Below, piece after piece: positions 26,469 through 38,631 of a stretch of 42,394 nucleotides of DNA. The notes under the pieces were generated by a model, which was given only the letters and a program-made list of their open reading frames with translations, made no database searches and was not told the DNA's origin. The position numbers and the translations under genes were made by a program. This stretch comes from Octopus sinensis (taxonomy: Eukaryota): assembly GCF_006345805.1 (NCBI RefSeq), contig NW_021835262.1, positions 1 to 42,394 on the forward strand, written 5' to 3'. Position 1 is the stretch's first letter, and each line of letters opens with the position of its first letter.

Positions 26469-26644
26469 CCTATGATATAACTATTTGTAGTCATTTAATC
26501 CTGCTCAGTACTATAAAATAACTATGTAACTAATTCAATCCGGCGTTTTACCATAATAGTTGGCATTCTACTTTAATGAAATTACATAGTAATCATGTAA
26601 CCCGGCATTCTATCATAGTTACCACTCACCCTATTCTTGGAAAT

Positions 26645-26841
26645 TACCTGAGGAGTGCTGATAAGTTCCTCGCTTTGGGTAAAAGAATATACAGGAGGAT
26701 CAATTAATTATGATTTTATTTTCTCTCAAATTCACACAGTCCTTCGGTTTTTCTAAGCCCTGTAAAAGAACTCGGAAGGTTGGGCCTCCAGTCAGGCTTT
26801 CGGTACCCTTAAAGCCAGGAATTTTTCAGCAATCCCTCGTA
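26645..26841. mobile_element. Mariner-type MITE (~195 bp)
   Basis: Imperfect TIRs GAGGAGTGCTGATAAGTTCCTCGCTTT and AAAGCCAGGAATTTTTCAGCAATCCCTC with flanking TA. Confidence 0.75.
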
Positions 26842-26914
26842 TTATCTGTTGTTGTTGCTGTTATTGTTTTCGTTTATTCTCAGGTCAACCCTCAAAGGCT
26901 TTTCCAACTGCGTC

Positions 26915-27140
26915 TGCGAAGAGCAAATCCCCGAGAGAAAAACATTGTATATCGGCTTGATATCTACATTAGTAACGGCCCAACAATCTCCGTAGGACTT
27001 AACAGAAAATTCCTTCAGAAGTGGCCTGCAGCCGCACAACAGCTGGTTTCATTATTATCACCTGGAAAACATTCGCAAGACTAAGTACCCATACATGGTC
27101 CACTTGATCCTAGCATACAGTCGTTCCTGTGGTCGCATAT
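26915..27140 (+). pseudogene. Possible PLE GIY-YIG remnant
   Basis: EKNIVYRLDIYISNGPTISVGL then, after a frameshift, TENSF; resembles NIVY...YVGLTExxF. Confidence 0.4.
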
Positions 27141-27333
27141 AGGCCACGATCGGGGCAGAGGAGGGGGGGATTTCGTCTGAATGGTGCGTTTAACTGAACA
27201 TGTGTGCAGCGTTTCTGGGAGTGTTTTTTTCCTGTTTTATATCTTTGTTTATCATTGGGATTTGTTTTGTTTTCGGTTGCCTGAGGCATCTTCAATATAC
27301 ATAAATACATACGTATATAAATACATATATACA

Positions 27334-27556
27334 TACAATAATCGCTCGCCATATCGCGTTTCCCCTATCGCGGTTTATCATTTAAGCTTACGTCGATACC
27401 TCCGTGGTGTTGTTTTGCATTTATAATAAAATAAATATACACAAATTATAAAAACGATAAAAAAAAAATATACAGTACTGTTTCTACTTCGCGGATTTTC
27501 ACATATTGCAGGGAATTTGGGAACGTAATACCCGTGATAGTCGAGGAATTACTGTA
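27334..27556. mobile_element. Tigger/pogo-type MITE
   Basis: TA-CAATAATCGCTCG...CGAGGAATTACTG-TA; inverted homologue of 35024-35706. Confidence 0.65.
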
Positions 27557-27920
27557 CATACATATATATACATACACACAAACATATATGTCTATGCATG
27601 TGTGTGCATATGCGTGTATGTGAGTGAGTGTGAATGTGTCCGTATGTGTGTGTGTGCCTGTGTGTGTGTGTGTGTGTATGTGTGCGTGGTGTGCATTAGA
27701 ACTCTATGTGTTCCTTGTAAAGATGCGTCAGTGCGACGAAAAATCGAATTATTTTACGGAATAACTTGCTAACCACACTAGAATTCCGAACACTGAATGT
27801 TATCTCTCTTTCTCTCCCTCTCTCCCTACCTCACTCTTTTCTTCCTATCTCTCTCCTCTATCTCTCTCACTTCCTCTCTCTCTTTGCTTCTCTCTCATTT
27901 ATCTATCTATCTATCTATCT

Positions 27921-28925
27921 TACGGGCCAGGGCCCATGAACAACTTCCAGAGATCCCTGGCCTGGCAGTGCTACCGAGAAGCGCTACCCGTTCGGGATAA
28001 GTTCTACAGACACGGCTCGAGAAACACGGGGCCGACCTGCCCGAGATGCGGTCAGAGCGACGAAACCGTTCTGCACGCACTCGTGCAGTGTCCAACAATT
28101 TCCGACCTGTGGGCTTATGTCGAACAACTGCTGTCACGTGTGGGACGAGTCGGTTTATCAGCTGAGTCTATCGTCAATATTGTCACGCCTCCTTCCTTCA
28201 AACGGGAAGGAAGAGCTATTTTCACCATCCTTGTGGCTATGGTGAAGGAATGTATCTGGTGGACGCGTCTGAAAGGATTGGAGACAAACACTTTCCTCTC
28301 TGGTCAATCTCTCATCAACTTCTTCAAGTACCACTTGAAAAGGAAAGTGAGAGTAGAGAGGCAAGTTTTGTCTAGCGAATGTTTAAAAAAAGATGGGTGA
28401 ATGTAGCAAGGATGGCACGTATGAATGACGAAGCCACCTTGAGCATAATCCTATGAACCCAGAAATTGAAAACAGAGGGTTACCCACTTGCAAACAAATG
28501 TGGTAACATATAACAATATTGACCAAGGTTACCGTGGTCTTTTTCGTAGGCTTTTCTTCCCACGGATAAACCTTACTTGCTTTCCCCTTTACACCATATA
28601 TCATAACACTGTGATACACGATCCCTATTGATCGTTCTTTTTTTCCTCTTCCCCTTTTTTCCCCCTTTTTTCTTCTTTTTTCATTTCTCTTTTCTTTTGT
28701 TCCTTTTCCTTTTCTTTTTTTTTCTTTTTATTCTTTTCATTTTTTATTTATTTATTTATTTATTTATTTTTTTTTTGTTCTTCCCTTTTACGATCCCTCT
28801 TGATCGAAAACCTACGCCACCCCCTTTTTTTCTTTTGTTTTTTGTTTTTTTCATCTCCCAAAAGAAAAGGTCTACCTTGTAACTTGTCCCATCTGTGTGC
28901 AGCCCTGTGTGGCCAATAAAGAAAC
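27921..28925 (+). mobile_element. L1/Tx1-clade LINE 3' end (CCHC zinc finger) inserted in (ATCT)n
   Basis: ORF 27936-28400 has SLAWQCYREALPV..CPRCGQSDETVLHALVQCP..LW; T-rich UTR with AATAAA; (CTAT)n on both sides. Confidence 0.85.
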
Positions 28926-29002
<77 letters not shown>

Positions 29003-29018
29003 CATCCATCCATCCATC

Positions 29019-29088
<70 letters not shown>

Positions 29089-29233
29089 ATTTTTGTGTGT
29101 TTCTGGGCATATATATAGTCATTATTTCACTTAGGCATAGCGTACTAATCAAGATTTTTACGCTTGATTAATTGAAATACACGGATTCAATTTGTAGACA
29201 GAAGTTAGTGTGTGAGTTAAAGAAAGAGAGAGT

Positions 29234-29266
<33 letters not shown>

Positions 29267-29724
29267 TGAAAGAAACAGACATAAACTAAAAGAGAGGGAC
29301 TATTACAAAGGGTGAGAGAGAATATGTGAGAGAGCAAGCGATATAGAGAATGTAAAAAAAGAGGGAGAAGAGAGAAATAAACAGAGAGATAAAAGGCAGA
29401 GAATCGGTTGAAAACTGCAGAAGTTTTTAGAGAAAAACCTGTGTAAGACACCGTTATTCTCGGTTTCTCGCTTTACGCGGGAGCTCTAGGCCAATAGTTA
29501 TAGTGCATAACCATCCTTGGCACATACGTAATGTGAGTGTAAAGTTTGGTGAAAATCGGTTGAAAACTGTAAAAATGCATAGCTACTACACACACACACA
29601 CACACATGCACACAGACACACACACACACGCGCGCGCGCAGAATTCTTTGTTTTATATAGTTATATATACATGTACGCACGCGCACGAACACACAGATGC
29701 GCGCGCGCGCACACACACACACAC

Positions 29725-30670
29725 AAGGAACCAAGGTGATTGTAAGTATCTGATGGAATTTTCCTACCCCCAACAAAAATAACCCAAAATCACAGGCTTT
29801 TGTAATTTCGAGGAGGAAAATCCCTTTGGGGGCCTGAATTCAGACTTGTTTAACTTTACAGAATTCCTCTCGGAGGCTTTGTATATTTGTGTGTGTGTGT
29901 GTGTGTGTGTGTGTCTGTGTGTGTGTGTGCGTCTGTGTGTCCGTGTGCGTGTGTGTGTGTCCGTATGCGTGTGTGTGTGTGTATAGCACAAGGTCAGAAG
30001 GTTTTTTATATATTCTTCGCAGAATGATCTTATCGTTCGGATTTTCTGGATTTTCATTTACACAGATACTTGACATCACACTACTTCGTAATTGATAACC
30101 TCGTGGACTGATAGCCGTGTCCGAAGAGGTGCTTACAGAGGTAACTGCACAGTTCTCTGAATCCATATTTCATACTACACCACACACACACACAAGGAAC
30201 CAGGTGATTGTAAGTATCTGATGGAATTTTCCTACCCCCAACAAAAATAACCCAAAATCACAGGCTTTTGTAATTTCGAGGAGGAAAATCCCTTTGGGGG
30301 CCTGAATTCAGACTTGTTTAACTTTACAGAATTCCTCTCGGAGGCTTTGTATATTTGTGTGTGTGTGTGTGTGGTGTGTGTGTGTCTGTGTGTGTGTGTG
30401 CGTCTGTGTGTCCGTGTGCGTGTGTGTGTGTCCGTATGCGTGTGTGTGTGTGTATAGCACAAGGTCAGAAGGTTTTTTATATATTCTTCGCAGAATGATC
30501 TTATCGTTCGGATTTTCTGGATTTTCATTTACACAGATACTTGACATCACACTACTTCGTAATTGATAACCTCGTGGACTGATAGCCGTGTCCGAAGAGG
30601 TGCTTACAGAGGTAACTGCACAGTTCTCTGAATCCATATTTCATACTACACCACACACACACACACACAC
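29725..30670. repeat. Near-identical ~470-bp tandem duplication bounded by (CA)n
   Basis: AAGGAACCA(A)GGTGATTGTAAG at ~29725 and ~30194; the same ORFs are duplicated in the track. Confidence 0.9.
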
Positions 30671-30904
30671 ATATGCTCTCGGTGCGAATGTTTTTTTTTT
30701 ATATGGTGCCGTGTTTTTCAATCCTGTAAAAAATTATAATGGTATTTTCATATAAGCTTAAAGCTTATGGCGATCACCGTGCAATGACTAAGGAAAATAG
30801 TCTAATAAAAGGGCCTATAAACCCTTAACAGAAAAAAAGGCTTTCCTATCCGCATGGGACTCAATATATATATATTATATATATATATATAATATATATA
30901 TATA

Positions 30905-31262
30905 TTCTTTTAATCTTTTACTGGGTTCAGTCTTTTGATTGCGGCTATGCTGGAGCACCGCCTTTAGTCGAACAAATCAATCCTAGGACTTATTCTTTGC
31001 AAGCCTAGTACATATTCTATCGGTTTCTTTTGCCGAACCGCTAAACTACGGGGACGTAAACGCACTAACATCGGTTGTCAAGCGATATATATATGTTTGA
31101 ATGTATATATAAATATGTATGTATGCATATCACGACTTGCCTCTTTCAGTTTCAACCAACGAATTCACTAACAAGGCTTGGTACGGCCCCGGATTATAAT
31201 ATAAAAAATTATTTGCTCCAAGTACCAGGCAGTGGGACTGAACCCGAAACTATGTAGTTGTG
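30905..31262 (-). mobile_element. Diverged tRNA-derived SINE
   Basis: Homologous to 3960-4388. Confidence 0.7.
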
Positions 31263-31339
31263 AATCATAAATTATAACTTAATGTTCATTAGTCTTGCCT
31301 TTCTCAAATTTTGAAACCCAGAAAATTCGGTAATAACTT

Positions 31340-32800
31340 TAACTTCTGAGAATCCTCCACTCCTCTTTGAATCCTGTTCTTTGAAAAAGTCATCTTCAGT
31401 ACTGTTTAAAGTGCTACACTTGTCACACTTTATTAAGGACTTTTATGATAAATTTTTCTTTAACGGCCACCAAAGATTTCTTGAAGCACTCTTAATGCAT
31501 TAAATCTTTGATTGGTTTACTGATCGATGCACCTAAATGTTGCAACTGAGAGGTGAGGCCATCAGGTATCATTAATTTTAAGATGGTATAAGACTACAAA
31601 AGAATATATTAGACTTTACAAGAAAGTGTTGAAAGTGTCGTTCTTCATTTTCAATAAATAAAATTTAATTTCTTTTTACTGCCGTGTGAGCACTTCCTAG
31701 GTTGATTTCCGTTTCCTGTGACAATTTGCGTAAGGACTTTGACGGGCGTGCCAACAGTTTATCAGAAATATTGGAGAGTGTTTCCTCTGAAAGAACAGTA
31801 GGCTTTTCGCTGCGTCTTACACTGAGCCTGTGTTTCTAAATTTTCTAATCAGATCCCGCACAGTGTCACGCTATGGAACAACAGTCTTTGGAAAAGTTTC
31901 ACTGAACTTCTGTTTCACAGTGTCTGTGTATTTGTTTCCAGCTCGAAACACCCATTCAACTAAAAACTTACGTTCTTCAATGGGTAGCATGTCGATACGC
32001 TGAAGGGTACACAATGACTGAGAGACAATGGCTAACATCCGGCCGCCCACGCAGTGATAGCCAAGTTGCGCATGCGCAGGATGAAAAAATTTCACTGCAG
32101 AGAGACTTTTCGAACACCCTGTATAAGATTTGAAAGCTTCTTTTACATTCCACCAGCACATCTTCCTCACCCTTTCTCCACCCAAATTGTTAATTCTTGT
32201 TCCTCCATCCAATCTTTAGGCAAACATAAACTAAAATACCTTTGGGAATTTTAACCCTTGCAGATGTTTCTTCTATTGAATCAAGTGAAGTTGGTAATTT
32301 TTACCATTAGTTGCACAAGCTAAAACGGCAGTATAATGGTTGTTTTCTTGTCCATTCCTTCTTTTTTTTTACCCTTAAAAATCAATGCCTTCGTTTAAAG
32401 TGACGTCAAAAGTAAGAGGAATTTCATTTATACTTCCAATTTTTACCATTTCAAAATCTTCCCGCTTTATAGTCTTGAAGGATAATTTGTGAAATTCCGA
32501 TATTTTATCTTCATAAACTTCTAATACTTGTACACAGTCATAATTCTTTTTATAAGTATTTCATACCATAATGTACCTTAATATTCTATTATTTTCAATT
32601 TGTGTACTGTTTTCTTTGTTTCAACAATAACCATTATTGTTAAAACAGTTACCCTGGTATGCCCTTAGCGAACAATCCAAGCATTCGGTTTTTCTTCAAA
32701 TTTTGACCATTTATCGATTCCTCTTCAAAACTTGCATTTTCCCATCGGAAAGTCTTGATTTTTACTTAATCTCTTCTCCATGTTTGAATGACATATTCAA
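31340..32800 (-). pseudogene. Decayed pogo/Tigger (CENP-B HTH + DDE_1) transposase
   Basis: Minus strand: KWSKFEEK..AWI, IGSINEIPLTFDV, HYTAVLACATNGK, WMEEQELTIWVEK, IPDGLTSQLQHLGASISKPIKD, KSLIKC...LNSTEDD. Confidence 0.8.
31630..32123 (-). mobile_element. 5' part of a Tc1/mariner element nested in the pogo remnant
   Basis: End TA-CAGGGTGTTCGAAAAGTC; MLPIEERKFLVE..VKQKFSETFP..TVRDLIRKF..PSKSLRKLSQE helix-turn-helix. Confidence 0.75.
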
Positions 32801-33159
32801 TAGATGATAATCCAAAATGTCTGACAACTATTCCGTTGCTAAGTATTTTAGTGTATTTAATAACTAATAGCTTATAACTAACAAGATAAGATAGTTACTT
32901 CTCCTTGGAATCCATAAGGATTTTTTTTTGTTAAAAATGCAATGAGCAATGAGAAAAGAGAATGTGGAAGCCAGTTGTAAGAATATGATTCCGAGTGAAG
33001 TATTGCCAGTAAACCAGTGCAGCTGCTAAAGACTTATATTTTCTCTTTACTAGTTTTTAAGCTAAAAATCTAGTAACTGTATACTTAATGTAAAACCAGA
33101 TAAGAATCTACATTAAGCAGAATAAACAGAATAAGTAAAGATTGCATTATTACAAATTA

Positions 33160-34570
33160 CATTCAAATTCTGCCGAGGTCGACTTTGCCTTTCATCCCTT
33201 GGGGGGAGGGGGGTCGATGAAATGAGTAACAGTGAAACAATTGGGTCGATGTAATCAACTTAACCCCTCCCCCAAATTTCAGGCCTTAAAGGATTATTAC
33301 AGATTACATTAAGGCGGCGAGCTGGCAGAAACGTTAGCACGCTGGGCGAAATGCGTAGCCGTATTTCGTCTGCCGTTACGTTCTGAGTTCAAATTCCGTC
33401 GAGGTCGACTTGCCTTTCATCCTTTCGGGGTCGATAAATTAAGTACCAGTTACGCACTGTGGTCGATGTAATCGACTTGATCCGTTTGTCTGTTCTTGTT
33501 TCTCCTCTCTGTGTTTAGCTCCTTGTGGGTAGTAACGAAATAGGTATTTTGTCTGCCGCTACGTTCTGAGTTCAAATTCCGCCGAGGTCGACTTTGCCTT
33601 TCATCCTTTCGGGGTCGATTAAATAAGTACCAGTTACGCACTGGGGTCGATATAATCGAATTAATCCGTTTGTCTGTCCTTGTTTGTCCTCTCTGTGTTT
33701 AGCCCCTTGTGGGTAGTAAAGAAGTAGGTATTATGTTCTGAGTTCAAATTCCGCCGAGGTCGACTTTGCCTTTCATCCTTTCGGGGTCTATAAGTTAAGT
33801 AGCAGTCGCGCTCTGGGGTCGATCTAATCGACTGGCTCCCTCCCCAAAAATTTCGAGCCTTGTGCCTAGAGTAGAAAATATTTTTAAGGCGTTGAGCTGG
33901 CAGAAACGTTAGCATGCCGGGCGAAATGCTTTGAGATATTTCGTCTGTCTTTACGTTGCGAGTTCAAATTCCGCGAAGGTCGACTTTGACTTTCATCCTT
34001 TCAGGGTCGATAAATTAAGTACCAGTCGCGCACTGAGGTCGATGTAATCGACTTAATCCCTTTGTCTGTCCTAGCTTGTCCCCTCTATGTTTATCCCCCT
34101 GTGGGCAATAAAGATATAAATATAGGTTACAAAAAGGAAGTGGGCTGGCAAAAATCGTTCACTCACCAGACGAAAAGGTTTACATTCGTCCATCTTTACA
34201 TTCTGAATCAAAATTCTGTCGAGATCGACTTTACCTTTGATTCTTTTGGGGTCGATGAAGTAAGTACCAGCTGAGCAATAGGGTAGGTGTAATCGACAAC
34301 CCCTTCCCACAAATTGCAGGCCTTGTACCTAAAGTAGAATGAATTATTAGAGGTTAGAAACATAAGGTGCTGACAGTATCGTTTGAACGTCGGAGAAAAT
34401 ATCTCTCTTCCTGCTGTCTAGGTTCAGAGTTCAAGTCCCGCCGAGATCAACTATACCTTCCATCTCCCCGTGTTCGATAAAATGAAGTACCAGCCAAGCA
34501 CTAAGGTCAATGGCATCGACTAAATTTCTCACCTCAAAATTACTAGCCTCGTGCCCAAAGTGGATACTCG
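33160..34570 (+). mobile_element. Cluster of concatenated Nin-domain SINEs
   Basis: About seven copies of TTCAAATTCCGCCGAGGTCGACTTTGCCTTTCATCCTTTCGGGGTCGAT..AGTACCAG. Confidence 0.8.
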
Positions 34571-35023
34571 TATCACAAGTTAGAGCATCTAAAATTGATT
34601 CACCCTCTTGCACCTGGCAACGACAGTGTTACCTCTGAGCATCTAAAAAAAACATATTCACTTGTGCTCAATGTATTTTTACCGAGCACTTGTGCTCGGT
34701 AAAAAATGCATTGCTAAAGTGCGTCCTTTAAATGTAAAAAAGATGTTTCATGGGAAACTGAACTTTGTTCTGTCATTGTAACAGAGCATTGGTGTCTTTT
34801 ATCTTTTTCTTTGTTTCCTTGTTGAAGGAATTCTGTGTTTTTTTCTCCTCGATAATTCAATCCAGTGGTTCTCAACCAAAGTCCGCATGGCCCTTGGGCG
34901 TCCAGATAAGATTTTACTGTTAAGATTTATCTGCAATTAATTAGTTATACTTCTGCAATACACAAAATATTTTAATTATTTTTTCTATACAATTCCTAAC
35001 AATATTCTAAGATGATTTTTGTA

Positions 35024-35358
35024 TACAGCAATCCTTCGATTATCGCTGGTGTTACGTTCCAGAACTGCACCCCTCGATAAGTGAATATCCGCGAAGTAGA
35101 AACAGTAATGTAATGTATTCTTTTATTTGTTTCAGTCATTTGAGTGCTGCCATGCTGGAGCACCGCAAATCGACCTCATGACTTATTCTTTGTAAGCCTA
35201 GTACTTATTCTATCGATCTCTTTTGCCAAACCGCTAGCTACGGGGATTTAAGCACACCATCATCAGTTATCAAGCGATGTTGGGGTGGGGGACAAACACA
35301 CATACATACATACATTCATACATACATGCATACATACTTGCATACATACATACATACA

Positions 35359-35393
<35 letters not shown>

Positions 35394-35706
35394 GTGTGTG
35401 TGTGTGTGACGGGCTTCTTTCAAATTTCGTCAACCAAATCCACTCACTAGGCTTTGGTCAGCCCGGGGCTATAGTAGAGGACACTTGCCCAAGGTGCCAC
35501 GCAGTGGGACAGAACCCGGAAACATGTGGCTGGTAAGTAAGCTACTTACCACACAGCCACTATCAGATATATATAGTTTTCATTATTTTTATAATTTGCA
35601 TATATTAATTTTGTTATAAATGCAAAACAACATCATGGAAGAATCGTCGTAAGCTTAAACAATAAACCGCGGTAAGTGAACCGCAAGATGGCGAGGTATT
35701 ACTGTA
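35024..35706. mobile_element. Tigger-type MITE nested in the hAT MITE
   Basis: TA-CAGCAATCCTTCG ... CGAGGTATTACTG-TA. Confidence 0.7.
35117..35561 (-). mobile_element. tRNA-derived SINE nested in the Tigger MITE
   Basis: Homologous to 3960-4388. Confidence 0.8.
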
Positions 35707-36839
35707 CAGTGAATGGCAATGAAGGTCCAGTAGCGTAGATGAAGAATCAAAGGAGTCCATCGGTAATAAATGTATGGGAAACACTGATTTAATGCTTAGT
35801 ACTTTTAATTTTTTCTTTCTTTCCTTACTTGTTTTATTTTGATTAAATTAGTATTTTTTTCATATATTTATTGTTTTCACTCATTAAGTTTTTGCCTTGG
35901 TTATTTTTCAACGGAGAGCCAAAGATTGGAGGTTTTTTTTGCTTATTTTTTAACAGAAGACAAATTGAATTGATATTATTCATTGAATTAATTTACTCTT
36001 TAAATAACAAAATTAATGTTAAATTAAATAGCTTTTACAATAAAAAAAATTATACATTTATTAATGTAAGAAAATAAAGATGACCGAAATATTGAATAAC
36101 TCACACCGCATTTAAACAGGGCTTTTATCTATTTGAAATTGAATGGTCTTATTTTATTGAGTCCTTTACTATGCTTAACACTCAGAAATATTCTCGTTTC
36201 TTTGACGAAATCTTTATTCCTACATGTCACATACAGACATGCAACCATAAACACACATACATGCAAACGCATAATACATTCCTACGAGAAAACTGAGTTT
36301 CATCATGATAAGAAGGATGGTGATGTTGAGGTGGAGATTGTAGTAATGATAATGAAGATGGTGACGGCGACAACGATGGCGACGATAACATGACGGTATT
36401 TATGAGCATTATACTGATGATGATGGCCATGAAAATGATATGATGGTGATGATGGTGATAATGAGGGTGATGGTGATGATGATGGTGGTGGCGGTGATGG
36501 AGATAATCCCTATGATGATGATAATGGTGCTGGTGTTAATGAAGACGAGGAAATAAACAGAGAATAAATAAAAGACTTGTGGATTTAGCGGTCGAATTTA
36601 GAACATTTATAAATGTCCTAAAATCTTCACAGCCTTGGCTTTTTTTTTATTTCATACTGAAAAACATTCATATATTCACGTGCCGATATATGACCCACGT
36701 TGGACCCCTTATTCGCATAATACGCCCTGAACTTAACTATGGTCTATCCATAGCACTTACTCAGCATTACCTGACACCTTTGGGTCTTACTGACACCATT
36801 ACCTCCCATAGCCTATATATATATAAATATATATATATT

Positions 36840-36884
<45 letters not shown>

Positions 36885-37141
36885 TTTAACAATTAAGGAT
36901 AATCTCTTAATAAGGGATCTTAACAAGAAATTATCGGGTAGCTAGCGTGAAAACCTCGTAAAAGAAAAGAATTCGAAAATAATTTTTTTCTTTTGAACAA
37001 ATTAATTATATCTATATTGTATAGAGGGCATTATTACACATAAATGCCTCACACTAGGAGGGACAAAGTCATTACTACCAAAATTATACTATCATACCCA
37101 ATGCAGTTTTTTCAAAGCAAGACATTTAAAAAAATGAATTT

Positions 37142-37200
37142 AGTTCTGTATCACCGTGATTTCACATTCAACTTTACGTCTAATGATCGTCAGCAGAACT
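37142..37200 (-). ncRNA. Type I hammerhead ribozyme (unit 1, motif intact)
   Basis: AGTTCTG-CTGACGA-TCATTAGACGTAAAGTTGAATGT-GAAA-TCACGGTGA-TA-CAGAACT; helix I 7 bp, cleavage triplet AUA. Confidence 0.82.
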
Positions 37201-37616
37201 GATTCTGATACATCATAAATAAACTACCAACCTTACGTAGCGAAGACAAACAGACAATGCTCACTCCGGCAAGCACATGGAATGTTTATAAATCAATATA
37301 CCCGTAAATGGCGGCTTTTTTTACGAACTGCATGTCGGTTAATGAAAAGTATTTCGAATAAGTTTAACAATTAAGGATAATCTCTTAATAAGGGATCTTA
37401 ACAAGAAATTATCGGGTAGCTAGCGTGAAAACCTCGTAAAAAAAGAATTCGAAAATAATTTTTTTCTTTTGAACAAATTAATTATATCTTATTGTATAGA
37501 GGGCATTATTACACATAAATGCCTCACACTAGGAGGGACAAGTCATTACTACCAATTATACCTAATCATACCCAAATGCAGTTTTTTCAAAGCAAGACAT
37601 TTAAAAAACTGAATTT

Positions 37617-37672
37617 AGTTCTGTATCACCGTGATTTCACATCACTTTACGTCTAATGATCGTCAGCAGACT
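37617..37672 (-). ncRNA. Hammerhead copy, unit 2 (small deletions)
   Basis: Core intact; single-base deletions in helices I and II. Confidence 0.6.
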
Positions 37673-38094
37673 GATTCTGAATACATCATAAATAAACTAC
37701 CAACCTTACGTAGCGAAGACAAACGACAACTGCTCACTCCGGCCAAGCACATGGAATTTTTATAAATCATATATCCGGTAAATGGCGGGCTTTTTTACGA
37801 ACTGCATGTCGGGTAATGAAAAGTATTTCGGAATAAGTTTAACAATTAAGGATAATCTCTTAATAAGGGATCTTAACAAGAAATTATCGGGTAGCTAGCG
37901 TGAAAACCTCGTAAAAGAAAAGAATTCGAAAATAATTTTTTTCTTTTGAACAAATTAATTATATCTATATTGGAAGAGGGCATTATTACACATAAATGCC
38001 TCACACTAGGAGGGACAAAGTCATACTACCAAAATTATACTAATCATACCCAAATGCAGTTTTTTCAAAGCAAGACATTTAAAAAACTGAATTT

Positions 38095-38152
38095 AGTTCT
38101 GTATCACCTGATTTCACATTCAACTTTACGTCTAATGATCGTCAGCAGAACT
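38095..38152 (-). ncRNA. Hammerhead copy, unit 3
   Basis: Core intact; one-base deletion in helix III. Confidence 0.65.
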
Positions 38153-38573
38153 GATTCTGATACATCATAAATAAACTACCAACCTTACGTAGCGAAGACA
38201 AACAGACAACTGCTCACTCCGGCCAAGCACATGGAATGTTTATAAATCATATATCCGGTAAATGGCGGGCTTTTTTACGAACTGCATGTCGGGTAATGAA
38301 AAGTATTTCGGAATAAGTTTAACAATTAAGGATAATCTCTTAATAAGGGATCTTAACAAGAAATTATCGGGTAGCTAGCTTGAAAACCTCGTAAAAGAAA
38401 AGAATCGAAAATAATTTTTTTCTTTTGAACAAATTAATTATATCTATATTGTATAGAGGGCATATTACACATAAATGCCTCACACTAGGAGGGACAAGTC
38501 ATTACTACCAAAATTATACTAATCATACCCAAATGCAGTTTTTTCAAAGCAAGACATTTAAAAAACTGAATTT

Positions 38574-38631
38574 AGTTCTGTATCACCGTGATTTCCATTC
38601 AACTTTACGTCTAATGATCGTCAGCAGAACT
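38574..38631 (-). ncRNA. Hammerhead copy, unit 4
   Basis: One-base deletion just before GAAA. Confidence 0.6.

Larger units (their letters stand above)
25420..26620 (+). repeat. Degenerate ~43-bp minisatellite interrupted by two SINEs
   Basis: About nine copies of TCATTTAATCCGGCATTCTACTATAA-like units. Confidence 0.65.
34863..35786. mobile_element. hAT-type MITE with nested insertions
   Basis: TIRs CAGTGGTTCTCA and TGGGAAACACTG; 8-bp flanks ATTCAATC and ATTTAATG match at 6 of 8 positions. Confidence 0.65.

Noticed and set aside
37781-37797. GGCGGGCTTTTTT resembling a bacterial terminator
   Set aside because: No complementary upstream arm, and the context is eukaryotic
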